This document shows, in pieces, positions 9,811-17,709 of a stretch of 64,000 nt of DNA (the first letter of the stretch is position 1; every line of letters starts with the position of its first letter). This DNA comes from a virus (lineage: Duplodnaviria > Caudoviricetes). The translations under genes were made by a program, and so were the position numbers. The stretch is from positions 15,279-79,278 of the IMG/VR virus record IMGVR_UViG_3300031965_000009. One strand, given 5' to 3'. The notes under the pieces are model-generated. The model did no database searches. It saw nothing but the letters and a program-made list of their open reading frames with translations, and was not told the origin of the DNA.

Positions 9811-10344
9811 TTAGGCACATGAAGCGCCACTCATTATGTTCTCAATCTTCTCCCAGACCAATGGGTTATACTCGTCACGCTTGCTTCTTCCAAGCACACC
9901 CCATCGTAGCTGCGATGCAAGACAGGGCTTATTGGATACGGTTTCAGAGGCTACGATAGCAGTCTCTTTACCAAGCATTGTCCCCACCGTTACGCTAAGA
10001 AATATGTCAACGACAGCACCATGCTTAACCAATACGTCGTTCAGGTCACTAGCAAGTGCATCATAATCCCCCTGCCACCTAAACCGAGAACCAGAGCATA
10101 TGGCATGTGCGACTTCATGTACGTCATCAACTGTCATTGGCAGTGGTTGCAATTTGCCGGACGTTACGTCGAGCTTGTTTAGGTTTATGCCGTGCTGTTG
10201 CTTGCCGCTCCTAATGTCAATGGCTTGACCGGGAAAGAAAGTCAATGAGCATTCCTCTCGGTCTATGCTTGATACATAGCCCACACCCTTACATATGTTC
10301 CCCTCCCATGATACCTTGTCACCTAATTTATATTTCATGTTCAA
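9811..10344 (-). CDS. hypothetical protein
   Basis: GGAGAG SD; KYKLGDKVSW N-terminus (KOW-like). Confidence 0.6.
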   Translation of the reverse strand: MNMKYKLGDKVSWEGNICKGVGYVSSIDREECSLTFFPGQAIDIRSGKQQHGINLNKLDVTSGKLQPLPMTVDDVHEVAHAICSGSRFRWQGDYDALASDLNDVLVKHGAVVDIFLSVTVGTMLGKETAIVASETVSNKPCLASQLRWGVLGRSKRDEYNPLVWEKIENIMSGASCA

Positions 10345-10628
10345 CTCTCCTTTATACCTTGCTTGTTTATCTTGCCATGACTGCCTGCCCTGGCATTCTT
10401 GGCCTTGCGTGTACGCTTTCTTGTATCGTACACGTACACTCTGCCATCATGCGTCTCTAACGCTTTTCCCCTATTGTACACCAGCTTGCCCATGAGCCTG
10501 GCGCTGGTCGAATCCATGGGGATAAGGACATTGGCTGACCTGTTGCCGCGTGATAGCTTTATGTATGCCTGACCTGTAACATGGTTGACCTTTTCTTCCT
10601 GCGTGTCGTTTGCGAAGCGACGACTCAT
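10341..10628 (-). CDS. basic hypothetical protein
   Basis: Coupled ORF. Confidence 0.55.
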   Translation of the reverse strand: MSRRFANDTQEEKVNHVTGQAYIKLSRGNRSANVLIPMDSTSARLMGKLVYNRGKALETHDGRVYVYDTRKRTRKAKNARAGSHGKINKQGIKES

Positions 10629-10631
10629 GCC

Positions 10632-10823
10632 TCATGCTCCTTGTAATTCTAAGAACTTGATAGCACAAAATACAAGCCATGTCATCATGATGCACATGAA
10701 AGCGAACATTGATAGACCAAAACCAACTGATTTTGTGGTTGCGTCCACGGCCTCCGCTGCCATGAGAAACCAGGCCACGCACATAACCAACCAAAACCCC
10801 GAGACCATTATAAGAATAATCAT
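10632..10823 (-). CDS. small two-TM membrane protein
   Basis: Start moved to ATG 10823 behind AAAGGAGAATG; two hydrophobic helices. Confidence 0.55.
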   Translation of the reverse strand: MIILIMVSGFWLVMCVAWFLMAAEAVDATTKSVGFGLSMFAFMCIMMTWLVFCAIKFLELQGA

Positions 10824-10921
10824 TTTACATTCTCCTTTAACTTTATTAACATGCTTCATGCTTCTTGCTTTTATTCTTTTTCTTTTAACATGTTTAACAC
10901 GTTTAACATGCTACATGCTTT

Positions 10922-11650
10922 CTAGTCCTCCATGTACGCAGCCATAACCTGCCGGGCATGTTCACGAGCCAGATCAAGGCTAGTGTCTGGGAATACCATA
11001 GTCAACGAGCCATCAGACTCTACGATTACCTGCGTTGGCTCATCATAAGCCGCTTCAAAGCCCCAAATTGTTCCTACCGAGCCATCCTGTCTCATGTTCA
11101 CGCAATACTGCCTTGCCCCTTCGGGGACAGGGCCGACATGCTCTCGAGCAAGAGCATGTTGCGAGCATGTATTCCCTGATAATGTTGTTATGTTCTTGGT
11201 TTCGTTCAGGTGCTCAAGCATGGCGGCATGGCATAGCTTTACGTGCTTTTCTCGCTCTTTGTGTTTATCGTCGTAGAGCCACACTGCGTGGATCGCCGTA
11301 TTTGAGACATTGTACGCGCCTCTGGCCACAACTATGGAATTCACATCAAGAGACGCCACCGCATTGGCCCTCTCGGTAGCGATGCGAACCCAGCCATCAT
11401 AATCTTTTGATCGGTCTTGCCTTGCTATTCCCTTGGCTTGTTCAATAAACTTAAACGCCAACTCCACCACGGTGTCTCGTGGCAGGTAATTAAGCGCAAA
11501 CCATATTAACCAATCATCTTCTTGACATGCAGACCATGCCTCTTCCCAATCCGCTCCGTCAGGGAAAGTACGCTTGAACCATTTCCTTGCAGGCTTACAT
11601 GCTTTATCGCCTGACGGCATGTGCTTAAGTAACTTATTTGTTATTAACAT
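10922..11650 (-). CDS. hypothetical protein (helical N-domain plus C-terminal module shared with 8155..8343)
   Basis: AGGAGAAATGAA-ATG start; 242 aa. Confidence 0.65.
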   Translation of the reverse strand: MLITNKLLKHMPSGDKACKPARKWFKRTFPDGADWEEAWSACQEDDWLIWFALNYLPRDTVVELAFKFIEQAKGIARQDRSKDYDGWVRIATERANAVASLDVNSIVVARGAYNVSNTAIHAVWLYDDKHKEREKHVKLCHAAMLEHLNETKNITTLSGNTCSQHALAREHVGPVPEGARQYCVNMRQDGSVGTIWGFEAAYDEPTQVIVESDGSLTMVFPDTSLDLAREHARQVMAAYMED

Positions 11651-11660
11651 TTCATTTCTC

Positions 11661-12104
11661 CTATGCTAATGTCCAGACATGCACATTGTCTGGTAATACG
11701 CTGATAATATTTTCCACATGCTCCATGCTCATGCCTCCATAGCCTATTCCAGGGTAGGGCATGTGAATGATTGAATATTTTTCGCAGTATGCTAGTAAAA
11801 CATTAACCGAGAAACGTATGATATCCTCGCTTGACTTGTCTCTGTAATGCTTCTTGGTTTGGAATGCACCAACATTACCACTACCGATGATCACGCCATA
11901 GTTACCCTTGTATGTGCTTGGCTTGGCTATGATAACCTGTCCTATCTCTTTATCCAGACCTGGAAACATGTCCCTGGCCTGCTTGGCACTGCCTGCGCCC
12001 ATAACCAGCCTGCCATCCTTGACCACGTTATTAGCTGTGAACAAGAATAGCATGTCAGGGGCGGTCGTGTATTCATGCCACATGTTACCTACCTGTCTAA
12101 GCAT
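11661..12104 (-). CDS. macrodomain (ADP-ribose glycohydrolase, TARG1/DarG-like)
   Basis: TANNVVKDGRLVMGAGSA, FQTKKHYRDKS, MPYPGIGYGGM: macrodomain loop motifs. Confidence 0.8.
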   Translation of the reverse strand: MLRQVGNMWHEYTTAPDMLFLFTANNVVKDGRLVMGAGSAKQARDMFPGLDKEIGQVIIAKPSTYKGNYGVIIGSGNVGAFQTKKHYRDKSSEDIIRFSVNVLLAYCEKYSIIHMPYPGIGYGGMSMEHVENIISVLPDNVHVWTLA

Positions 12105-12420
12105 GTTCTTCTCCTCTGACGTATTGTTTCATCTGTTCTAAGATTTCACGTGGTAATTGGTGCGAGCGTATGACTGGGTTATCCCAACCAAGCCTTAGAA
12201 CCACCTCATCTTCCCCGGTTCCGCCTCCAATGCCAGAATTAATCTCTATGCCAGTTCCAGCCGGCAAGCCATGCGGAAGAAATCTGTCAAACACCGACCC
12301 CAACCAAATGTCCCCTTCCCAGCCCGCCAAGCCATGCAAGGCTACTATACCACCAATCAATATGTCATGAGCATCAAACTCTACTGGCTCATGATTGTCA
12401 AAAGTAAATGTCAGGTTCAT
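12097..12420 (-). CDS. hypothetical protein
   Basis: GGAGG SD, operon context. Confidence 0.55.
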   Translation of the reverse strand: MNLTFTFDNHEPVEFDAHDILIGGIVALHGLAGWEGDIWLGSVFDRFLPHGLPAGTGIEINSGIGGGTGEDEVVLRLGWDNPVIRSHQLPREILEQMKQYVRGEEHA

Positions 12421-12662
12421 TGTCTTACCTCCGTTATGATATTCATGCCATGCCTGTCAAGATCATGATGCCGATAAGCAAGAGCATGATAGCTGCAACT
12501 GCCATTACATAGCAACCAAATTGTTTCTCGTTCATTATGCTGGCTCCACCCATGCAAAGCATATCTCGCTAATACTGTAAAACCAATCCAACCAACCAAC
12601 GGCATCCTTCCAGGTTGGCATTTCGTACAAGCATGTATCGCCACCATAATATATAACTTTAA

Positions 12663-12851
12663 CTATAAACATGCTTCACCTCCTGTCATGTCCGGCATGG
12701 TTCCATGCTTCTTCATTTCACTCATTGCCATACCCCAGGCATCCATGACAGCATATTTGCTATCATGGTTTTTCCATGCCTCTTTCTTCTTGGGCATGAC
12801 ATGGCCAGGCATTCTCTTTTGATTACGTTTAAGATATATTGCTTGCTTCAT
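12663..12851 (-). CDS. hypothetical protein
   Basis: AAGGAGAAATGAA-ATG start. Confidence 0.55.
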   Translation of the reverse strand: MKQAIYLKRNQKRMPGHVMPKKKEAWKNHDSKYAVMDAWGMAMSEMKKHGTMPDMTGGEACL

Positions 12852-13049
12852 TTCATTTCTCCTTTATGTATAAAATCCATATTCTGTGATTGCATCAATA
12901 AGAAGGTCTATGATTTCCACGATCTCCTCCTTGTCTTTGCCAACGAGCATATCTGCTACGGCATTCGTATCAAGTGGGTCTACTGCATCACCGTATTTTT
13001 TAATCCAATTATCGAACATGTCCATTCTCCTTATAACTAAGCAAACACA

Positions 13050-13274
13050 TTACGAGCAACCCCATGCCGGTATAACACACCCGGCCCATCTAACATAGCC
13101 GTTACCGAACATGGCCCAACCATCACCGCTATAATCTACGCTGTTGTGGTCGTCCACCCAACATGCAGCATAGCAAAAATCAATACGTACACTGCCATCA
13201 TCGGCGAACATGTGCACGTTCACCTGCCCTGCCAGAAGCGAGAGCATGATTATCAACAGGATAACAAGCTTCAT
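13050..13274 (-). CDS. small secreted Cys-containing protein
   Basis: MKLVILLIIMLSLLAG signal-peptide-like N-terminus. Confidence 0.55.
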   Translation of the reverse strand: MKLVILLIIMLSLLAGQVNVHMFADDGSVRIDFCYAACWVDDHNSVDYSGDGWAMFGNGYVRWAGCVIPAWGCS

Positions 13275-13300
13275 GTTTCATTCTCCTTTGTACTAGCAAG

Positions 13301-13642
13301 CTAAAATAATTTTGCATGTAAAGCGTACTGTTCGGCCGCAGTTTTTTCTTTAGGCGTGAAGGCTTCGTCGGCCGATATGCTTGGGAGGATTACTGTGAAA
13401 TCCTTATAATCCTCATTGTAATACACCATGATATTGCCGGTCGTGCACTCCATAAGCCCTCCGTCGCCCATGTACACTTGCAGTTCAACATTCCCATCTT
13501 GATTGACTGGAACTTCATAGTACGTGCCATGATCTTTCGGCATGTCAATAACTGTTTTTCTGATCATGTGTGGTTGTTGATTGCGAAAACTAACTGCAAG
13601 CTCTCTTGCCTTTTGCGATGCTGTTTTTTCTAACATGTTCAT
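13301..13642 (-). CDS. hypothetical protein, first gene of the left-arm operon
   Basis: AAAGGAGAATGAAC-ATG start, directly after a terminator hairpin. Confidence 0.65.
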   Translation of the reverse strand: MNMLEKTASQKARELAVSFRNQQPHMIRKTVIDMPKDHGTYYEVPVNQDGNVELQVYMGDGGLMECTTGNIMVYYNEDYKDFTVILPSISADEAFTPKEKTAAEQYALHAKLF

Positions 13643-13661
13643 TCTCCTTTATGCCTCCTGA

Positions 13662-13687
13662 AATATAAAAGCCCATGCCACATGGGA
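13662..13687 (-). terminator. terminator-like hairpin upstream of the first left-arm gene
   Basis: Minus strand CCCATG-TGG-CATGGG-CTTTTATATTT. Confidence 0.5.
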
Positions 13688-14044
13688 GACTTCATGCTGC
13701 ATGGGCATGAAGCATGGTTATCGTACATGCACCGGGTCGAGACATGTCCCGGACGCCAGTCCTGTGATTCACCTGGTTCTCGTGAGGGGGTAGAGTTTAC
13801 AGGTTACTCAGGACGAGGGCTTGTGCCCCTCACCTGCTCTCGGTAGCGTACATGCCTGACCGTTATGCTGGCTACTTAATAGCTTGCAGAAAAGTTTTTG
13901 CCATGTACGCCATACTCATGTTGTCACTTGTCATGTGACATACTACTAGACGTATTCTTTTGTGCGTTATATGCACACACCGTTATATCAAAAATGATAA
14001 AACGTGCATATTAATACCCCGCAATTTTTCATGCGTCATGCCCC

Positions 14045-14238
14045 GGCCTTGCTAGGGCCAGCGCATGAGCCATTCTGGATGGCGAAGGTGTATATTGGCA
14101 GCATGGTAAGGCATACCATGTCTTCAGCGCAGGGACGGCGTGCTCATGCACGACCGAGTGTTCGGGTTGTGTGCATGTCGGCCTCTGTGTGGGCGGAGTG
14201 AAGTCATGCAAGCATGACTCTGTAGCAGTGCGGCTACA
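14045..14238 (+). ncRNA. candidate structured non-coding RNA (train of six hairpins)
   Basis: Stems at 14045-59, 14069-83, 14102-20, 14145-77, 14202-19 and 14221-38; no credible CDS. Confidence 0.4.
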
Positions 14239-14619
14239 ATCCGTGTGCGCCTAGCTCTTTTGTCTCTACATGGGGTGTTCCTCACCGCCACGCCAGCTTA
14301 TGATTTCGCCGACGTTCTCTATGACTTAAACCACTCGCCTCATCCTGGTACGCCTCTTACGCCTGTTCGTTTTGTCGCTTGGTGAATTACGCTAGTTCGT
14401 TGTGTGCATTCTTATGCACCATGCTTACAAACCCATGCACGCATTTGTCGTTTCCTAGCTACACAGTCACACGACAGAGTGTAGGCTGGCAATTTCTGTA
14501 CCATTCAGCACATGATCTGAAATCATGTTGCGCTCTGGTGTCATGCCTGTTACATGTGCATGTAAAGGTCATGCGTCTCAAGAGATTGAGTCAACTTTTG
14601 TCAAGTATGTGACGAGCAG

Positions 14620-14648
14620 TTGACGCTCATTGTGTGTGCATATAACAT
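14620..14648 (+). promoter_or_regulatory. possible sigma70-type promoter
   Basis: TTGACG-17 bp-TAACAT. Confidence 0.35.
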
Positions 14649-14687
14649 GTAAAAAGGTCATGAAAAATGACCCAACCACGCGCCATC

Positions 14688-14737
14688 TATGCGTGTACAT
14701 GTGCGCATGTGTACGCGCGTGCATGTGTGCGTGCATG
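14688..14737. repeat. 50-nt perfect purine/pyrimidine alternation
   Basis: tatgcgtgtacatgtgcgcatgtgtacgcgcgtgcatgtgtgcgtgcatg alternates Y/R at every position. Confidence 0.9.
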
Positions 14738-14757
14738 AGAGAGGGCATGGTGTCATG

Positions 14758-14857
14758 TGTACACTATCTGTACTCGTGAGAGTACTGGCTGATAGTGTAC
14801 ATTTTCTGATTGGAGTCAATCAGGGGATAGGGGAAAGAAAAGGATTGGAGACAATCC
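14758..14857. repeat. nested inverted repeat plus two GATTG-GAGW-CAATC hairpins
   Basis: TGTACACTATC (14758-68) / GATAGTGTACA (14791-801) enclosing GTACTC/GAGTAC; TGATTG-GAGT-CAATCA (14807-22); GGATTG-GAGA-CAATCC (14842-57). Confidence 0.8.
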
Positions 14858-15080
14858 CTACTCCCTTCCCCACCCAACATTTTAACAGGTTTTTTATCGG
14901 AGTCAACCCCCAAAAAGGAAAGGGAGGGAAAATGAAGGGAAAACAGCAACAGCCAGAACGGCCGATAATTTTTGCCCTTCCTATTAAATAGAAAAGGGGG
15001 AATTTAACCGGGGTTAACATTTTTTGAACCGACGTTCAGTTCTTCAGCCTCTTAAAATAGCAGAAAATTCTAGCCAATGC

Positions 15081-15119
15081 TGTAAAGTAGTTTACAAAAA
15101 AACTGTAAAATGCTTTACA
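15081..15119. promoter_or_regulatory. tandem palindromic operator-like sites TGTAAA-N4-TTTACA
   Basis: TGTAAAgtagTTTACA (15081-96) and TGTAAAatgcTTTACA (15104-19), upstream of the island ORF. Confidence 0.6.
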
Positions 15120-15284
15120 GCAATGGGTATTGATTGGCTGTATTGTATTGGCAACTGACCGACAAACGGCCGATAGCTAGACAACCTTAACAACAGAATA
15201 TGACCTATAGATTAATGGTTGGCATTATTATTTTAATGTTTTTGTGCGATAACACTATCGCTTATCCTTATGGAGAAAAATAAA

Positions 15285-16124
15285 ATGTCAACAATTAATT
15301 TACAAGATTTAATCGCTGTATTGCAAGGCATGGTACAACCAGAACAGGCACAATCCGTACCTACGCCAACATTGCCAACACCGACGCAACCAGCACGGCC
15401 GGCGGTCAAACCAGCGGCGCAAAAAAGCACGCACATTATCTACGCTTTACACCCCACCGGTTTAGTGCAAATTGGTGAAGTTGCCAATTATGGCAATGTT
15501 GCCTACGTTTCAAGCTCGCAGCAAAAGCATGAGCTTTGGCAAAACGCCAGCAATCTCACCGCTGGCTTAACACGTGAACAGCTTAACATCTTTGCAATCG
15601 CCAGAACGGCCGACGGACAGCCAATCATCTCAAGCAAGTCTGGTACCGTACGGACTTGGGCTTGTGGGTGCGGCCGCTTTGAACCGGGAAACACTTGCCG
15701 CTATGCCAAAAAGAACAAGCTAGCTTGTGCTGTTTCAAGCCAGCCAGGTGCAACCCAGGCGTCACCCCCAGCACGGCCAATCATTGCCGCTCCTGTACCT
15801 GTACCAGTAAACGTGCAAGTGGCAATGCCAAAGCCAAACAAACCGGCTACGCTTTCGGCGGCAAATTACACTTCTCAAGCATGGCCAAAACTCATCAACA
15901 AACAATGGCTTGACGCCGGTTATAGTGCGGAATGGCAACGCTCACAAGCCGCCCGCGCCCGCTCTTACCTCATGACTGAGGGAGTAGGGATAAAGGATTT
16001 TTTCAATGATGTATATGGTGAAAAATTCACTGAGTTGTCTTACCCCCACATGATCGACGCGGCCGTACAAGTATCGTCCGAGTCTGAGCGGGCAAACAAA
16101 TTCACTCCCGCTCCTATCAACTAG
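15285..16124 (+). CDS. hypothetical protein with SWIM-like Zn finger and Pro-rich linkers
   Basis: GGAGAAAAATAAA-ATG; WACGCGRFEPGNTCRY (CxC-x8-C, with Tyr at the usual His); PTPT and PVPVP linkers. Confidence 0.7.
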   Translation: MSTINLQDLIAVLQGMVQPEQAQSVPTPTLPTPTQPARPAVKPAAQKSTHIIYALHPTGLVQIGEVANYGNVAYVSSSQQKHELWQNASNLTAGLTREQLNIFAIARTADGQPIISSKSGTVRTWACGCGRFEPGNTCRYAKKNKLACAVSSQPGATQASPPARPIIAAPVPVPVNVQVAMPKPNKPATLSAANYTSQAWPKLINKQWLDAGYSAEWQRSQAARARSYLMTEGVGIKDFFNDVYGEKFTELSYPHMIDAAVQVSSESERANKFTPAPIN

Positions 16125-16162
16125 CTAACAAGCTAGACTAGCCAATCATTAATCATAGGTCG

Positions 16163-16210
16163 AAAACAAAAAAGCCAATCATGTAAAAGCATGATTGGCT
16201 TTTTTGTTTT
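16163..16210. terminator. bidirectional intrinsic terminator
   Basis: Perfect 21-bp inverted repeat AAAACAAAAAAGCCAATCATG / CATGATTGGCTTTTTTGTTTT with a 6-nt loop. Confidence 0.85.
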
Positions 16211-16233
16211 CTAGGCAATTTGAAAACTGCCTA

Positions 16234-16262
16234 TTGACAAGTTAAAAAGTTTGTGCTACCCT
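16234..16262 (+). promoter_or_regulatory. sigma70-type promoter
   Basis: TTGACA-17 bp-TACCCT with extended -10 TGn; follows the terminator and precedes an SD and ORF. Confidence 0.65.
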
Positions 16263-16321
16263 ACCAGCGGGGTGGGTTTGACCAGTTGAAAATTTTATAG
16301 TTTTTAAGAAGAGGTGAAAAG

Positions 16322-16540
16322 ATGTCAACAAAATACATACCAATGTTCCGTCAAGCAACGAGCGATAGCGAAATAGCTAGTGACTGGTATTACAGCCAGT
16401 CAGAATGCCACGCCAACAACCCATATCACTGGTTTGTTGTTGAGCGTCAATTAGTTGAGCATTTTTCCATAGGCAATATTGCATACTGCACGGAAAAGAT
16501 AGCCGAACAGGTTATCGGTTCTGATGGTAGAAGAAAATGA
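16322..16540 (+). CDS. hypothetical protein
   Basis: GAGGTG SD downstream of the promoter. Confidence 0.6.
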   Translation: MSTKYIPMFRQATSDSEIASDWYYSQSECHANNPYHWFVVERQLVEHFSIGNIAYCTEKIAEQVIGSDGRRK

Positions 16541-16686
16541 CAATTCAGGAAATAAACGCACAATACGCAAGCAAGACGGCACAAGAAAAAGAGCAAGATT
16601 TCATGCTCTTGACGCAAGCATTGATCAAGATAGCAGGCATGTACAGCAGGGGACAATGGATCCCTGGCGGTAGAATTAGTTTATAG
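16537..16686 (+). CDS. 49 aa hypothetical protein (below ORF-track cutoff)
   Basis: ATGA overlap; MTIQEINAQYASKTAQEKEQDFMLLTQALIKIAGMYSRGQWIPGGRISL. Confidence 0.5.
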   Translation: MTIQEINAQYASKTAQEKEQDFMLLTQALIKIAGMYSRGQWIPGGRISL

Positions 16687-16714
16687 TTTTTTATAGTTTG
16701 AATGGAGAAATAAA

Positions 16715-16855
16715 ATGTTTTTAGTAGCCTTGGTTTTTGTTCTTTTCTTCTTTGCCCTATGGTATGCCTTGAGCATTGGCTTAATCACACTGGGGACGCT
16801 TATTGTAGCATTTGCAATACTGGGGATAGCTGGCTTGATAGTCATGATGAGCTAG
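16715..16855 (+). CDS. 46 aa membrane peptide
   Basis: GGAGAAATAAA-ATG; almost entirely hydrophobic (MFLVALVFVLFFFALW...). Confidence 0.55.
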   Translation: MFLVALVFVLFFFALWYALSIGLITLGTLIVAFAILGIAGLIVMMS

Positions 16856-16911
16856 ATCAGCCTGCTAGACAACTAAATAAGGTATCGGCCGGAACCGACA
16901 ACACAAACCCT

Positions 16912-16940
16912 AGCCTATCTTACCAGATAGGCTTTTTTTT
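16912..16940 (+). terminator. intrinsic terminator closing the island operon
   Basis: AGCCTATCT-TACC-AGATAGGCT followed by a T tract. Confidence 0.8.
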
Positions 16941-17126
16941 GCTTGCTTGTCACTCCCTCCCCTAGCTCATGCCTACCATGTCCCCTGAGCTATTCTTTGC
17001 CACCTAGAGGCGTTGATTATACCTTAAACGATAATAAACGCCTTAGAACCAATCCTAGCCTACTCCTAGCCTGAATGACATGCTCTTGACTCATGCTCCT
17101 GTCTAGTCAATGCTTTAATGTTAAAG

Positions 17127-17553
17127 CATGTCAGCATGATACAAGTAACAGGTTAAACATGGTCTAGCATGGGGGACAAGCATGTCAGGCATGGCCTAGC
17201 AAGCATGAAAAGCATGGGTGCATGGCATGTCATGCACCCATGCTTGCCATGCCATGCAAGCATGAACATGACATGGACAAAACATGGACAAAGCATGTGC
17301 ATGTGGGTCCCATGCCATGCTTGCATGGAGGCATGGGACATGCGCCATGCCCCATGGTCATGCCCCAAAAACATGCCATTTTCATGCACTTACTTGACAT
17401 AATCATGCTGGTAGTCATGCTACATGCTACATGTTTCATGCTAGTATCATGATGTTTTTATTCTTTAATGAAGTACATGGAGGCATGCTAGGCATGTAAA
17501 CATGCTCATGACATGCTCATGAGCATGTTCATGGACAGGCAAACATGCGCATG
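17127..17553. repeat. CATG-saturated non-coding array
   Basis: About 47 CATG by manual count in ~430 bp; random expectation is about 2. Confidence 0.9.
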
Positions 17554-17644
17554 CGAGTGTGTTATAAGAATTTTAGCTTGTTTTTTGTGATAAGGCAAGG
17601 GCATGGGGTGATAGCTGCCGCGAAAATTAGAAACATTCATGAAA

Positions 17645-17662
17645 CTCTAATGTAATGTTCTA
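17645..17662. repeat. dispersed 18-bp repeat, copy 1
   Basis: CTCTAATGTAATGTTCTA, identical at 36438-36455 and 36517-36534. Confidence 0.85.
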
Positions 17663-17709
17663 ATATCACGGCATGGCAGGGAATGTTATGTAACATGCGG
17701 CATGTTAGA

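Noticed and set aside
16216-16300. boxA-like antitermination motifs (TTTGAAAACTG, GTTGAAAAT, GCTAGACAAC)
   Set aside because: The matches are short and in AT-rich DNA, and the best one lies upstream of the promoter; support is too weak.
17153-17452. Four overlapping Met/His/Cys-rich ORFs on both strands
   Set aside because: They are artefacts of the CATG array (ATG, CAT and TGC in every frame, few stops) and have no SD.
17127-17553. CATG array as a CRISPR array or tandem repeat
   Set aside because: There is no constant repeat of 23 bp or more and no regular spacers; only the 4-mer recurs. No cas genes are present.
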